Below are positions 49,321-62,700 of a stretch of 64,000 nucleotides of DNA, in pieces. The first letter of the stretch is position 1; each line of letters begins with the position of its first letter. The stretch spans positions 248,001 through 312,000 of the forward strand of contig NW_026782484.1 of assembly GCF_031769215.1 (NCBI RefSeq). Direction: 5' to 3'. The DNA comes from Ylistrum balloti. Taxonomy: Eukaryota. Under the pieces are notes generated by a model. It made no database searches and was not told the DNA's origin. It saw only the letters and a list, made by a program, of their open reading frames with translations. The position numbers and the translations under genes were made by a program.

Positions 49321-52300
49321 CACTGTAATAATCACCCGCTGGATAGAATGTGTCTTCTTCACGCCACACTGAGGAATGATGAGTAAAAACCTGTAACATT
49401 ATATTAATATATTAACATTATTCCACCTCGAATTAACATGGCAACACTAAAACAAGTGCACTGAACATAACAGCAGTATCACTGATATCACTGATATATA
49501 TATGTTTCCTCTACTAGGACTAGTCCCTTTGCCCATCAGTACAGCACCACCATACATACAAATTGATTGTCCTCCTCCTCTCCAATTAGCCTGTTGAACC
49601 TTATTCCTACATTTGTTTCACCTTTTGAACCTTATTCCTTCATTTGTTTCACCTTTTGAACCTTATTCCTTCATTTGTTTCACCTTTTAAAACTTATTCC
49701 AACATTTGTTTCACATTTTGAAACTTATTCCTACATTTGTTTCACCTTTTGAACCTAATTCCTACATTTGTTTCACCTTTTGAAACTTATTCCAACATTT
49801 GTTTCACATTTTGAAACTTATTCCAACATTTGTTTCACCTTTTGAACCTAATTCCTACATTTGTTTCACCTTTTGAAACTTATTCCTACATGTGTTTCAC
49901 CTATTGAACCTAATTCCAACATTTGTTTCACCTTTTGAAACTTATTCCTAGATTTGTTTCACCTTTTGAAACTTATTCCTACATTTGTTTCACCTTTTGA
50001 ACCTAATTCCTACATTTGTTTCACCTTTTGAAACCTATTTCTTCATTTGTTTCACCTTTTGAACCTAATTCCAACATTTGTTTCACCCTTTGAAACTTAT
50101 TCCTACATGTGTTTCACCTATTGAACCTAATTCCTACATTTGTTTCACCTTTTGAAACTTATTCCTAGATTTGTTTCACCTTTTGAAACTTATTCCTACA
50201 TTTGTTTCACCTTTTGAACCTTATTCCTACATTTGTTTCACCTTTTGAAACCTATTTCTTCATTTGTTTCACCTTTTGAACCTAATTCCAACATTTGTTT
50301 CACCTTTAGAAACTTATTCCTACATGTGTTTCACATTTTAAAACTAATTCCTACATTTGTTTCACCTTTTAAAACTTATCTCTATATTTGTTTTACCTTT
50401 TGAAACTTATTCCTTCATTTAATTTACCTATTGAACCTTATTCCTACATTTGTTTCACCTTTTGAAACTTATTTCATATTTGTTTCACCTTTTGAAACTT
50501 ATTCCTACATTTGTTTCACCTTTTAAAACTTATTTCTATATTTGTTTCACCTTTTGAAACTTATTCCTACATTTGTTTCACCTATTGAAAATTCCTCCTA
50601 CTACATTTGTTTCACCTATTAGACCTTACTTCTATAACGTTAACTTGGACATTGCTTCATCGTTTTTTTGTGCCGATATATATTTTATGTCAAATAAAAT
50701 TTGCAATAATTTCATTGGTTCTGGAGGATAAGTTTTACAATTATACTTACACCAACAGAAGCCAGGATACAAAGGAACACGTCGCCATGACAAAGAAGAC
50801 AAAACCCTGTAGCAAAGTGACGGTGGCATGGTAGATGGCGTTGGCTATTATTGAGCTTACCATGTTACCGATCGTCTCCAGAGCTGCGATACCCGCAAAC
50901 ATTGCACCTACAATATAATAATACAAACAACATATTGAATAGTTAGTTTGATCGCCCTGTTTTGCTACAGGATCAATTCCATCTCGACCAAACTTTCTGT
51001 AAAAACGATATTAAAATACATGGTGTACGTTTCCCGCACTTAAACAGTAAGAGCGATATATATATGTTTTTGTTAATTTTTTTAATAAAAAGATAGGATT
51101 TTAAGTAACGCCATTTTAACAGTGAATATGCATTTTGTCCATTACTGAAAACCAGATATTATAATAGTGTCGACATTTTACGTTTACTCATAGCCACACT
51201 AAGGAAAGTTTAGGTGTTGAGATCGAGGCTACATACCTTGTTTATCATCAGGTGTCATTTTGGACATAATGGCTCGAATCATAGGCATTGTCAGAATGCC
51301 GCCTGCTCCTACCACGGGTACTACCAAGGGAAGTAACTCAATTCAGCAAATGTATAACAATATAGATATATAGAGTAGATGGGAAAATGGGTTAGAGTTT
51401 CTACGATAACTTTGTTTAACTCAAAGTTACTGTTTAATTCAAGCACAAATAATGGCAATATATAATACTCATAAAATTTCATCACTCTATAACATTTTTA
51501 ATTCACAAGAAAGAAGACAGGCTTTAATACAAAATAAACTTACCGATATAGAAACTGGTCTGTGTGGTGACAAAACCCTCCATTACGAGCGATGTTGTTG
51601 AAGAGAGTGTCCCAACCATGGCGATTGTTTCGTCTGTCATACAGAACTGGAGGAGTCGTATGAGCAGGAGACACCCGACCTGCTGGATGCCACTACGAAT
51701 TGTTCTGTAGTATCCTACATCCACAGGGTCCCAACAAAATGGTGAGCCTAGCTGAACAAGTGTTTCCACGGACGGACGTCCTAAAATTACTAGTGTTGTC
51801 AGGAAAAACACGAGTATACAGACTATATATTTCCATCTTTCTCTCTTAGAATCTCGTTTAAAATAAAATGCGAGCGCATTTCCAACATATTTTGTAACAT
51901 CTGAACATGTTCGTCTCTCTGTTATAATCTGAGCCGGTGCGACACTTTCGGGTAAAACAAACATGGTCATAATAAGACAAAGAACTAACAACGCCGCAGA
52001 GAACACCATAGTCCACGTAAAGCCCACAGACTTGATAAGATACCCTGATACCAGAAACCCCAGCAGAGAACCAAAACCAAGGCTTACCTCAACAAGAGTA
52101 ATAGCAAAAGAGCGCTTGTCATTAGCAGCGGTGATGTCTGCCATATAGGCATAACTAGCCTGTAACATCCCTAAAAAATAGCCCAGAGATCCTTCTATGA
52201 CAAAGGCGATAAGAAAATAGTAGACATCTATCTTTAAATACATAATAATCAAAACAATGCTACATCGGAGAAATGAGCCGACGGTGGGCAGAATAAACAA

Positions 52301-52738
52301 GAACTTTCTACCAAACGTGTCACTGAAGGTTCCGAACATGAGATTAGCAAATACCGCGGGTATTCCTCCCGCCAGTGAGAGGTAGATGTTGAGCTTTGCA
52401 GTAGCTTCCTGTACACTAGTTTGTTCTTTCGACATCTGTGATGTTTTGTCCTGACAGTGGCTGGATGAGCGGTTAGTCCAGATGGACTGGTTATTAGGGT
52501 ACATCGATTTACCAATGGCGTAGTACTCATACTGACTAACACATGCAAAGGCTGTGATGAAGGAGAACATGTAGAGGAATGCGATAGGAAGGACGACCAG
52601 GCGATGGGCGTCCATCTTTTTCTCGTCAGCTGTGTCATCATTTTCTTCCTCCAAATCCATACCCTTGACATCATTGGTGGTTGATCCGTAACCATAGTCA
52701 CTACTACTTGATTGTAGGAGTGGTTCCCGGTCAGCCAT
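49318..52738 (-). CDS. SLC46-family MFS transporter (PCFT/HCP1 / SLC46A3-like); complement(join(49318..49390,50751..50907,51237..51320,51544..52738)), 502 aa
   Basis: Hydrophobic multi-TM ORF with MFS motif A (GTFSDTFGRK), a luminal loop with NQS/NRS sequons and a Cys, and SLC46-like RAIMSKMTPDDKQG|GAMFAGIAALET...NAIYHAT. All three introns are GT-AG in phases 1, 1, 2 and the total is 1509 nt. The last exon is the least certain. Confidence 0.88.
49590..50625. repeat. Minisatellite, 31-bp unit (TTGAACCTTATTCCTACATTTGTTTCACCTT) in the last SLC46 intron
   Basis: About 33 tandem copies. Confidence 0.96.
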
Positions 52739-54329
52739 TTTCTGTGTCGGTATGGCTACACCTGTATTCTCCTTCCGATACTAAACTGTACCAACATCAC
52801 GCCAGTCTGAGATTCTGAAATTTTGAAAGTAGAATATCATGGTGATTTAGCTAGATGAACTGTGTATTATACACTTGTTCTAAACTCCCTGCAGGTTTGA
52901 TCTGCCACAAGTTTCATCAAGCCCCTGGCTGGTTAGAGTGTCAATCGGCGAAAGTGTCATAAAGAGGCAATTGGACAACAGGAAAGTTATATTCCTTCAC
53001 AGGGTAGCCAGGGGCTTAACTGCCATAACGGCGGGACAAAACGAAAGTACTGTTAAGGCTGAGCGTGTGCACAAAAACAATCCTGTAGTTTATTCTAATT
53101 ATTCAAGTAAAAATAACAGCCAGTTCAATCGGTGATCACAGATCGCATCTTAAACATGTCTTCATAAAACCGCTTCCTACCTAATTTATCATAATTATCA
53201 ACTGTTTTTGAAAGGTGACGAATCCGGCGACTAAGTCAGATGGTACGTGAGAGTTACGTCCCTTATGTAAACAATGGTAGGACTACCGTCTGTAAACAGG
53301 GATTATTACAGTACAACACACAGTTATACCGTCATACAAACAAACGAATTACATATCTGTTTTAACATACATTGTAAATGACTCACCTATCCCTCGATCA
53401 GTGTTTACAAACAACATTAACTGACTAAAATTGACTAGAGCGGTACAGCCCACGACGCGGAAGTAGTCACACATCGAATACTTAATGATGTTTCATATCA
53501 TTCTTAACAGCATTGATGAGGTTCCGTATCAGTAGTACGGGACAGGGTTATCTAGCGTTCACCTGTCTAACAAACTTACCGGTCCATTACAGTCCATGTT
53601 GTACACAGCCACACTCTCTCTATGTAACATGTAACCCACCAGGTCCTTTTGTGTGTCGACAGTCTAGATCTCTCCGTTAAGGTAGCTTACCTCTCACACA
53701 TTATTATGTCACACAGAAGACACTGTCGGCGTGGATCACGGTCGAACAACTGCCGGTTATGGAGAGTAGAACCAGAGAACCTGTCGGAGAGATTTCGAAC
53801 TTATCATTGTACAAGGAACATATACAATATGACCCTGGGTTTACCCATTAAATAAATATGGTCACATCACAATAACAGGTGTACATTCGTACGTAGCGTA
53901 TTGGTAATCAGGATAATTGATCCTAAGTTATATTGTCAACATGTGGCAAGTGATATCAAAGTATGTTATATATATATACCTGTTGGGCTGGTCTCTGTAC
54001 CGACAGGTGAATACATCAACTATACATGTACATAGTGCATGTATATTTGACCATTGGACAATGCGAAATGAAAGTGATATTACACGGTATCAATGCATAG
54101 TTCGGAGATCGACTGTATATACGTCCCCGATGGAGATACTCCATTAAGACGTGTTGTCAAAGACAGAAATGTTTATATCCATTTAAGAACATTACTATAG
54201 AAAGTACAGTAAGGATGTAGTCATATGAATTATTCAGTCATAAACTGTTTTCACTTATGAATTAGTAGATATAACCATTCTTGGTCAATCGATCAGAGCA
54301 GGACGTGTGGTTACAAGATAATCATTGTT

Positions 54330-54695
54330 TATAATTAATTATGTATGAGGACGTGTCGTCACAGTAAAGTTAGACATAAATGTTTGTAATAAATTCTGTA
54401 TAGGGACGTGCCGTCACAGTAAAATTAGACATAAATGTTTGTAATAAATTCTGTATAGGGACGTGCCGTCACAGTAAAGTTAGACGTTGTTTATAATTAA
54501 TTCTCTATGAGAACATGTCGTCACAGTTAATTCTGTATGAGGAAATGTCGTCACAGTAAAGTTAGACGTTGATTATAATTAATTCTGTATGAGAACATGT
54601 CGTCACCGTTAATTCTGCATGAGGACATGTCGTTACAGTAAAGTTAGACGTTGATTATAATTAATTCTGTTTGGGGACGTGTCGTCATATTAAAC
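54330..54695. repeat. Degenerate tandem repeat (GGACGTGTCGTCACAGTAAAGTTAGAC...TAATTAATTCTGTAT)
   Basis: Several diverged copies of variable length. Confidence 0.7.
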
Positions 54696-55659
54696 TGGTA
54701 GACTCCGTGTTCATACTTAGTTCAAAATTTGTCTTATTCGATACTCAACACTAGTTCACTTACATCTAATTATGGGATGAGAAAACAAGCTTAGAGTTGA
54801 TGATGCTCCTTTAATCCTTTCCCATATAGAAGATACAATACAATTATTGTAATAGAAATGTTGTTAAATACATGTACTCAGTTCCCAGATGTAAGTGTTT
54901 GACGAAGACATGCGGATCCTTAAAAGAGCTATTTTTTGTCGAATTCGTGGTAATGTTTGGGAATTCCCATTGAGAACCATTCATAACCTACCCCGAAAAA
55001 CTACCGGCTTTCCCATTCACAAAAGCTGTTTTATTATTAGCAACTTTTTACCCGAGTCCCGACAACAAATTATCTTGATGAATGGGACTCAACGTCGCAT
55101 TTTTGTGATACGGATAGTCAATAGCCGTGCATGTCTAGACCAATATTTGTGACTAAGTTATCAATACATAGACACAGGACCGTAAGTATTAAATAAATCC
55201 AAGTATTACAGAAGTATTACAGATTAGAAGCTAAGACAAATCGTTCGGGAATAAACAACAGTATTTAATACACATAAACTGTGTTACTACTAACATAGTT
55301 AAAACACAGGAGTAATTTCCATAGATGTTAATAAAGGTAACGATAAAATGTTAAAAGGAATATCAAACAAGACATATAATACCACAGGATTCGGACGTTC
55401 TGTACACAAGAAATGCAACGTGGGAAGGTACCATCACTTATTTGTTTTTCGTGAAATAATCATTGCATATAGATAAAAAATTAAACTCACTTGTTCAGGA
55501 GGAAATTGTTCCTCAATCGAAAAAATGGAATATTTCTCACTAGGACGACCGTAAAACTTCTCAATAATTTTCATCAACCTGCATCGGTTTCAATACTTGA
55601 GTAAAAATCAAGAGGATATGACTATGAATACAAGGAATTCTGGTTATCACAGTGATTGT

Positions 55660-55935
55660 TACTGGTGACACATGTCACGTTCGGTAAACAGTGGAGTAGA
55701 GACAACACCGTGCTTCTTTCTGGTGACACATGTCACGTTCGGTGTACAGTGGAGTAGAGACAGCACAGTGTTTCTTTCTGGTGACACATGTCACGTTCCA
55801 TGAACACTGGAATAGACCAAACACAGTATTTCTTACTGGTGACACGTGTCACGTTCTGTGATCAGTGAAGTAGAGACAGCACAGTGTTTCTTACTTGGGA
55901 CACATTTCACGTTCGGTGAACAGTGGAGTAGAGAA
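55660..55935. repeat. Short 58-bp tandem repeat (x~5) with GTGACA-CA-TGTCAC palindrome
   Basis: GGTGACACATGTCACGTTC recurs at a 58-bp period. Confidence 0.8.
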
Positions 55936-56469
55936 AACACCATTACAAGACGAGATAATTAACATCATACATACTGGACTTCACACGCATAAGGAACTAA
56001 AATAAATCTTTACAAGGATGTAATGTGACGACCGTAGAACTTCTTCGTAGTCCACGAGTACCTACATCACCTGATGTTAACGAATATAGGGAGAAGTTTT
56101 ATGATCGTCACAATGAGGAGAAGTATTGTGTTTCCCTGTACCTGTTTTGTTTTTGTTGTTGGTTTCCTTCTCAGATATCAGAAGTCAATTGTTCTTTCTG
56201 GCGTAAAATGTAAAAAGAAATTATAACAACATACATTCGGGGTTGTTTCTCACACACTAATGTTTCTGTTCGTAGATGATTGTATAATAGCATTTTAGTT
56301 GACAGTATTCATAATTATACACATCCACCTTACTTCTCAAACGTCCATTAGTGATGATTAATTATATAATGAAAGTATAATGAAAATATGGGATGGAAGG
56401 TTGTTTATGCAATCTGTCTACTATGTCAAAGTGTCTTGAAAACCACATTCATGTTATTTTTTTTTACGA

Positions 56470-57500
56470 TTTTTTTTAATGTAGATAACCTTATTTCTGA
56501 TAGCCAATCTGGTTTCAGAGCCATCCATTCATGTCTGACAGCACTGACTAATATTACTAATACTTGGTATAATGCCACAAACACAGAAATGTTAACCAGT
56601 GTTTTATTTTTAGATTTTAGAAAGGGATTCGACCTAGTGAATCATCAAATTTTATTCTCCATGCTCAAATTGTATGGTTGCTCATCCAAAACAGTTAAGT
56701 CATTTGAGCGGGAGGTTTCAATTTTTCAATTTCAAAAACACTTTGAGTGATTTTCTCCTCTTATCTGTCGGAGTACCACAAGGCTCAATATTGGGACCAC
56801 TGTTGTTTATTTTATATGTAAATGACCTTCCCGTAGTCTCAAACCATTCCACAGACCCATAAAAGATCACCTGACATCGTGAATCAAAATCTTTTGATTG
56901 TAACTACTTCACAGATAAAATGTAGGATACAGAGTAATTTATTTGTTGTTATCGACAATGTAAATAATGAAAGACTTCTTGGAGTGTCGATAGCTGTCTC
57001 TCCTGGAACCATTAATTTATCAATATCTGTAAGAATTTATGTCAATTTTTTCAGATGAAAAAGTTGAAGCCATTTATAAGTCAGTGCTCTTGTATGATGT
57101 TTTATGATTGTTTTATTAGCATACACATGGGTTATTGCTCCACTGTCTGGGGCAACAGTGCCAAAAAGGATGATGCAAAACAAGAGCGTACTGTAGAAGA
57201 GAGCAGCAAAAATTATTTTAAACTTTGATTTCTCTTTACTTTCGTGTGATAAGATTAAGTGCCAAAATTAGTTGCCTTTCTATAAATAAGTTTTATGCAA
57301 CCGGGTTGTTTTAATGTACAAAGTTCTTAAAAGTTTAGCTCCGCGAAGTTTGAATTGTTGTACTTATACGTCTGATGTTCAAAGTGGATCTACAAGACCT
57401 TCCTCTTCACTTTACTTGTCCTCTCACAAAACACACATTTTTGGAAACTATTTTAGTTACTATGGAGCTATTACATAGAATCTTTTACCAAACAATGTGA
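56470..57500 (+). mobile_element. Decayed non-LTR retrotransposon (CR1/L2-type) reverse-transcriptase fragment
   Basis: SQSGFRAIHSC...FLDFRKGFDLVNHQIL...KLYG, then GVPQGSILGPLLFILYVNDLP in a shifted frame. Downstream sequence has stops and frameshifts. Confidence 0.88.
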
Positions 57501-58159
57501 GGAATTCTACTTCTGTATTAGCTCTTAAGAAATCTGTAAAGAAATTTGATATGTGAACGATATCTCTATATCTCTGTTGCTGTATTTTACTTGCCTGTGA
57601 TATATTATCTTTTTCCATATGTAAGACAAACATATTCCTCCTTATGTTATCAAAAATGAATAAAACCAAATATGACAATAATAATAATAATTATTATTAT
57701 TATCCTTACTATTATGATCTTTCTGTAGCCCAAATACACTTAAGAGCTGAATCATAAACTGATTTGTTATACTCAGTATTACAAAGTTGACAGCTATGGA
57801 ATACATCCTTTGATTAATAGTAAAATGGCCATATTGGTAGAGAGAAAGCATCAAGGTGTTTCTTTCATCTATACATTGTATATAAAAAAGGAAATGCTGT
57901 ACTGCTCCATCTGAGGTACAACAGACACAAGAAGGACCCACACGCAAATAATGATCTGTATGAAGATCATAATTTAGCGAGCTCAGAGAGTTTCCTAATT
58001 GACAAAGGTTTATCTTATATTGTCGAGGACCGTGTAGCTAGAGAAGAATATTTGTCATTTGTTCGCCCTGTAATGTTTTATCCAGAAACTTATGAATTCA
58101 TCAAACAGAGTGACTATCTGTGGATACTAACAGAAAACAAACCGAGAGAAAAACTTGCA

Positions 58160-59270
58160 TTGTAGTTTACGTGCAATGCACATAGGAAGGTATAAATAAT
58201 GTTGTTCCTGCGGCTGTAGAAAAGATCATCAGGGTCAAATATGTATGGTTGAGTAATATCAAAGAAATGTATTCAGGAGTTTCATTGTTAAGTATTGTAT
58301 ACATCAGTGTTGTCGTGTGTTTTTCCTCTTCCTTTGTAGGGGTACTTCTGCGCAATCCAGTTATTATCCTTTGCTGCCTTAAGATTGATAGATTCTAGAA
58401 GATGATTTGCATAGCCTGAACAGTTGTCTTCTATAACATGAACATATTCTAACAAAGGTCTTATGAATGCGCTATACATTACAGTAGGAGAATTTCTATA
58501 AGATTTGTTCATTATTTGATATGCCTGTCTGTAAATAGAATCAATTCGTTCGGACCATTTGCCATTATTGATAAAGTGAAGGCCAAAATGTGAATGGAAC
58601 CTGCTCAAAATCAAAAAAGATATTATGATTTCTTACTTCTGTACCGGATTCAGCTTTTGAGGTGTTAAATGAATATTCTGTCGCATTGCTTGTGTATTAA
58701 TATTACTTATACAGCAGTGTTGAAATTTGTGAGAAACACACCAACAAGACACTGATGAGAGGTCTTCCGATTGATCATGTAGACATCATTGGATTTTTCA
58801 CACAACGGTAAAATATTAACAATTAATATGGGTTACATTTAAATATCGCATCTAAAATTCAGAATTGGAAAGTGTCATCAGCAAATAATTTCATACTACT
58901 ATGGACACAACATATTTTATCATTTATATAAAGTAAAAATAGAAATGGACAGCAAACTGAGCCATTGGGAACACCAGCTACAAAAGGTTTAAATGCAAAA
59001 CTTCCATTAATTACTCTTTGCTTTCTACCAGAGAGATAATTCTTGAATCATTTTAGAACATTTCCTTTTATTCCACAGGGTTCAGTTTGTATCATAAAGC
59101 CTTATGTAACACCCGATCAAAGACTTCGCCTATAACATAACAGATAAATCCCAGTTCTTCGTTTTCAGTTAAGCAACTAGTAACCGTAATGTAAATTGGA
59201 AGTAGTTGAATCTTTCGGCAAAAACCCTGATTGATGTTTAGTTACGATATCACATTTTATAAGGTGGTTG
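58160..59270 (-). mobile_element. Second decayed non-LTR retrotransposon RT fragment, opposite orientation
   Basis: The minus strand yields HQSGFLPKDST, GIKGNVLK*FKNYLSGRKQRV, AGVPNGSVCCPFLFLLYIND, MKLFADDT and YSAFIRPLLEY...DNC...LLESINLKAA across frameshifts. Confidence 0.85.
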
Positions 59271-59444
59271 TAAAAATATCTAAACGTTATCTTTTTAAAA
59301 AAAAAAAAAAAAAAAAAACACGAAGTAACTGATACTGGTCTGTAATGGGACACACTGCCAATTTAAGTATATACAGTTTAAGTTTTGTACCCCTCGAGAG
59401 GTCCAGACGATATGTCCAATTGTCATTTTGTGTATAAATAATTA

Positions 59445-59650
59445 TATCCTTGTATCCCACAATAGAGACGAATGTCTGATTACCGCTCTATGTACAGTTA
59501 AATCCTTGTATCCCACAATAGAGACGAATGCCTGATTACCGCTTTATGTACAGTTAAATCCTTGTATCTCACAATTAGGACGAACGCCTGATTACTGCTC
59601 TATGTACAGTTAAATCCTTGTATCCCACAAATAAGACAAATACGTGATAA
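59445..59650. repeat. 56-bp tandem repeat (x~3.5)
   Basis: TCCTTGTATCCCACAATAGAGACGAATG.CTGATTACCGCT.TATGTACAGTTAAA repeats. Confidence 0.8.
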
Positions 59651-59742
59651 TCGCTCAAAGATTTTATTTTTTTATATGTAATGATTCTTCCTTTCTTAAT
59701 TATGTGTAAGAAGATTGATTGCTACATATTTACAAATGTTTT

Positions 59743-62700
59743 TTATGTTTTCGAATATCCTTTCATCGGTTTGTCTTTGTTTAGGCGTCTGATGAACCAA
59801 TGTAGTAATCTGGAAAATCGAGTGATTACTCATTAATTAACTCATTATGATAAATCAGCGGAAATCAGAGATAAATGGATTTAAGATCACTCACTAATTA
59901 TGTCGTTATATCAGTAGAAATCACAGAGATAAGTGCATTACAGTTCACTTACTAATTATGTCGTTAGATCAGGAGGAGTCACAGAGATAAGTGGATTACA
60001 GATCACTCACTAATTATGTCGTTAGATCAGGAGGAGGCAAGGAGATAAGTGAATTAAAGATCACTTACTAATAATGTAACTTTTATAGATCAAGAGAAAT
60101 CAAAGAGATAAATGGATTACAGATCACTCACTAATTATGTTGTTAGATCAGGAGAAATCACAGAGATAAGTGGATTACAGATCACTCACTAATTATGTTG
60201 TTAGATCAGGAGAAATCACAGAGACAAGTGGATTACAGATCACTCACTAATTATGTCGTTAGATCAGGAGGAGGCAAGGAGATAAGTGGATTAAAGATCA
60301 CTTACTAATAATGTAAATTTTATAAATCAAGAGAAATCAAAGAGATAAATGGATTACAGATCACTCACTAATTATGTTGTTAGATCAGGAGAAATCAAAG
60401 AGATAAGTGGAGACTCACTAATTATGTTGTTAGATCAGGAGAAATCACAGAGACAAGTGATTACAGATCACTCACTAATTATGTTGTTAGATCAGGAGAA
60501 ATCACAGAGATAAGTGGATTACAGATCACTCACTAATTATGTTGTTAGATCAGGAGAAATCACAGAGACAAGTGGATTACAGATCACTCACTAATTATGT
60601 TGTTAGATCAGGAGAAATCACAGAGATAAGTGGATTACAGATCACTCACTAATTATGTCGTTAGATCAGGAGGAGGCAAATAGATAAGTGGATTAAAGAT
60701 CACTTACTAATAATGTAACTTTTATAGATCAAGAGAAATCAAAGAGATAAATGGATTACAGATCACTCACTAATTATGTTGTTAGATCAGGAGAAATCAC
60801 AGAGATAAGTGGATTACAGATCACTCACTAATTATGTTGTTAGATCAGGAGAAATCACAGAGACAAGTGGATTACAGATCACTCACTAATTATGTTGTTA
60901 GATCAGGAGAAATCACAGAGATAAGTGGATTACAGATCACTCACTAATTATGTTGTTAGATCAGGAGAAATCACAGAGACAAGTGGATTACAGATCACTC
61001 ACTAATTATGTTGTTAGATCAGGAGAAATCACAGAGATAAGTGGATTACAGATCACTCACTAATTATGTCGTTAGATCAGGAGGAGGCAAATAGATAAGT
61101 GGATTAAAGATCACTTACTAATAATGTAACTTTTATAGATCAAGAGAAATCAAAGAGATAAATGGATTACAGATCACTCACTAATGATATCGTTAGATCA
61201 GGAGAAATCACAGAGACAAGTGGATTACAGATCACTCACTAATTATGTTGTTAGATCAGGAGAAATCACAGAGACAAGTGGATTACAGATCACTCACTAA
61301 TTATGTTGTTAGATCAGGAGAAATCACAGAGATAAGTGGATTAAAGATCACTCACTAATTATGTTGTTAGATCAGGAGAAATCACAGAGATAAATGGATT
61401 AAAGATCACTCACTAATTATGTTGTTAGATCAGGAGAAATCACAGAGATAAGTGGATTAAAGATCACTGACTTATATTTCTATATTCACTGATTTCTTTT
61501 TAGAATACTAAGATTTGTTGAAAAGATTTTTCGGGGAGTCCGGCTCGGAATTGGAACCATCAGGTATCGGGTTTTAGATGGTACTACATCTTACTGAGTC
61601 CGTATCGACACATTGGTTTGTTTCATTCATCTGTTTTTTGGAATATCTTATTCCTGAAGTCTTATTTATGATTAATGTTTCGAGAAAGTATGCAGACATA
61701 GTTGATCATTACAATGAAATGTACATGAAAAATCGCTTACTGACAAGGAATTAGACGGGGTATCTGCAGACTTGTATGTATGATATGGAATGATATGTTT
61801 TTTCTCTGACTAACTTGAGCATGAAAATGTTTGAGTTGGCGCTCATAAAGGCATGAATGCCAACTGAAAGCACTCCAATGCTTTTACTTACTCATTTCGT
61901 CATTAAAAATTGTCCGCACTTTCATTTGTTAAGGGAGAAATATAAGCAACACTTTTTTGGGGGGATATATTGTGTCAGTGTAAGAAGCTGGTAAATTGAA
62001 GCTGCTAAAACATTTAAAAAGATTAACCGACTTCAGAAGTGTCCATTACTTAAAAGAAAATGTAATCAGCAACTTGGATTGACATGGCATTTACATGGCT
62101 TGTGTCATCGATGGAGCAAAAACAGCTAACCCTCCAGAACACCTGGTCCTATTCTTCTATCACTTTTTTTCATGGGTCTAAGTATAATTCTTTCTTTTGT
62201 TGATATTGTCTCCTAGTCTTATTGAATTTGTACTTGAATTATGATTAAGATGTCAGTTTTTGTTGTTGTTGTGCTTGTCTTAGTTATAACAACGGGAAGG
62301 AAGCGGTGTTTAGGATACTTACATAGCTAACAAAAAGCCGAGAAATAAATATGCGGCCAGAACAAGAAAAGCTGTTCCCCGGAATGTATCCACGGTCTCC
62401 CCATATATAGCGTTGGACGCCACACCGCCAAACAGTGAACAAAACGTTTCCACGATAGCCATCCCGCCAAACATACTACCTTTAATGATAACAGTCCCAG
62501 TGAGAAATATACATCTACCATATCTAAAGACTACAATGCATGGCGACAGTGCCCAGAGACAGGTAATTTGTTAGATAAAGAACTACTCAGTGTAATCCTC
62601 GCTAATTCTTTTGTCTGCATTTCTGTGCTCAAAGTTGACAATCTACATTGATATTGTATCAGAGAAAGTGTCTTAAGAACTGAAGTAACGTCACGTTCTA

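Noticed and set aside
57824-58165. 113-codon stop-free frame without an early ATG between the LINE remnants
   Set aside because: By rough estimate a few such runs are expected by chance in 64 kb x 6 frames, and there is no recognisable motif or splice sites.
9955-61475. Palindromic hexamers in many satellite units (GGTACC, GTTAAC, CAGCTG, CACGTG, TTCGAA)
   Set aside because: With 1 in 64 hexamers palindromic, a 30-50 bp unit is expected to contain about 0.5-0.8, so this is not a clear enrichment.
62327-62521. 64-aa minus-strand ORF from the track
   Set aside because: Wrong frame. The same DNA encodes the SLC46 paralog 2 exon in another frame.
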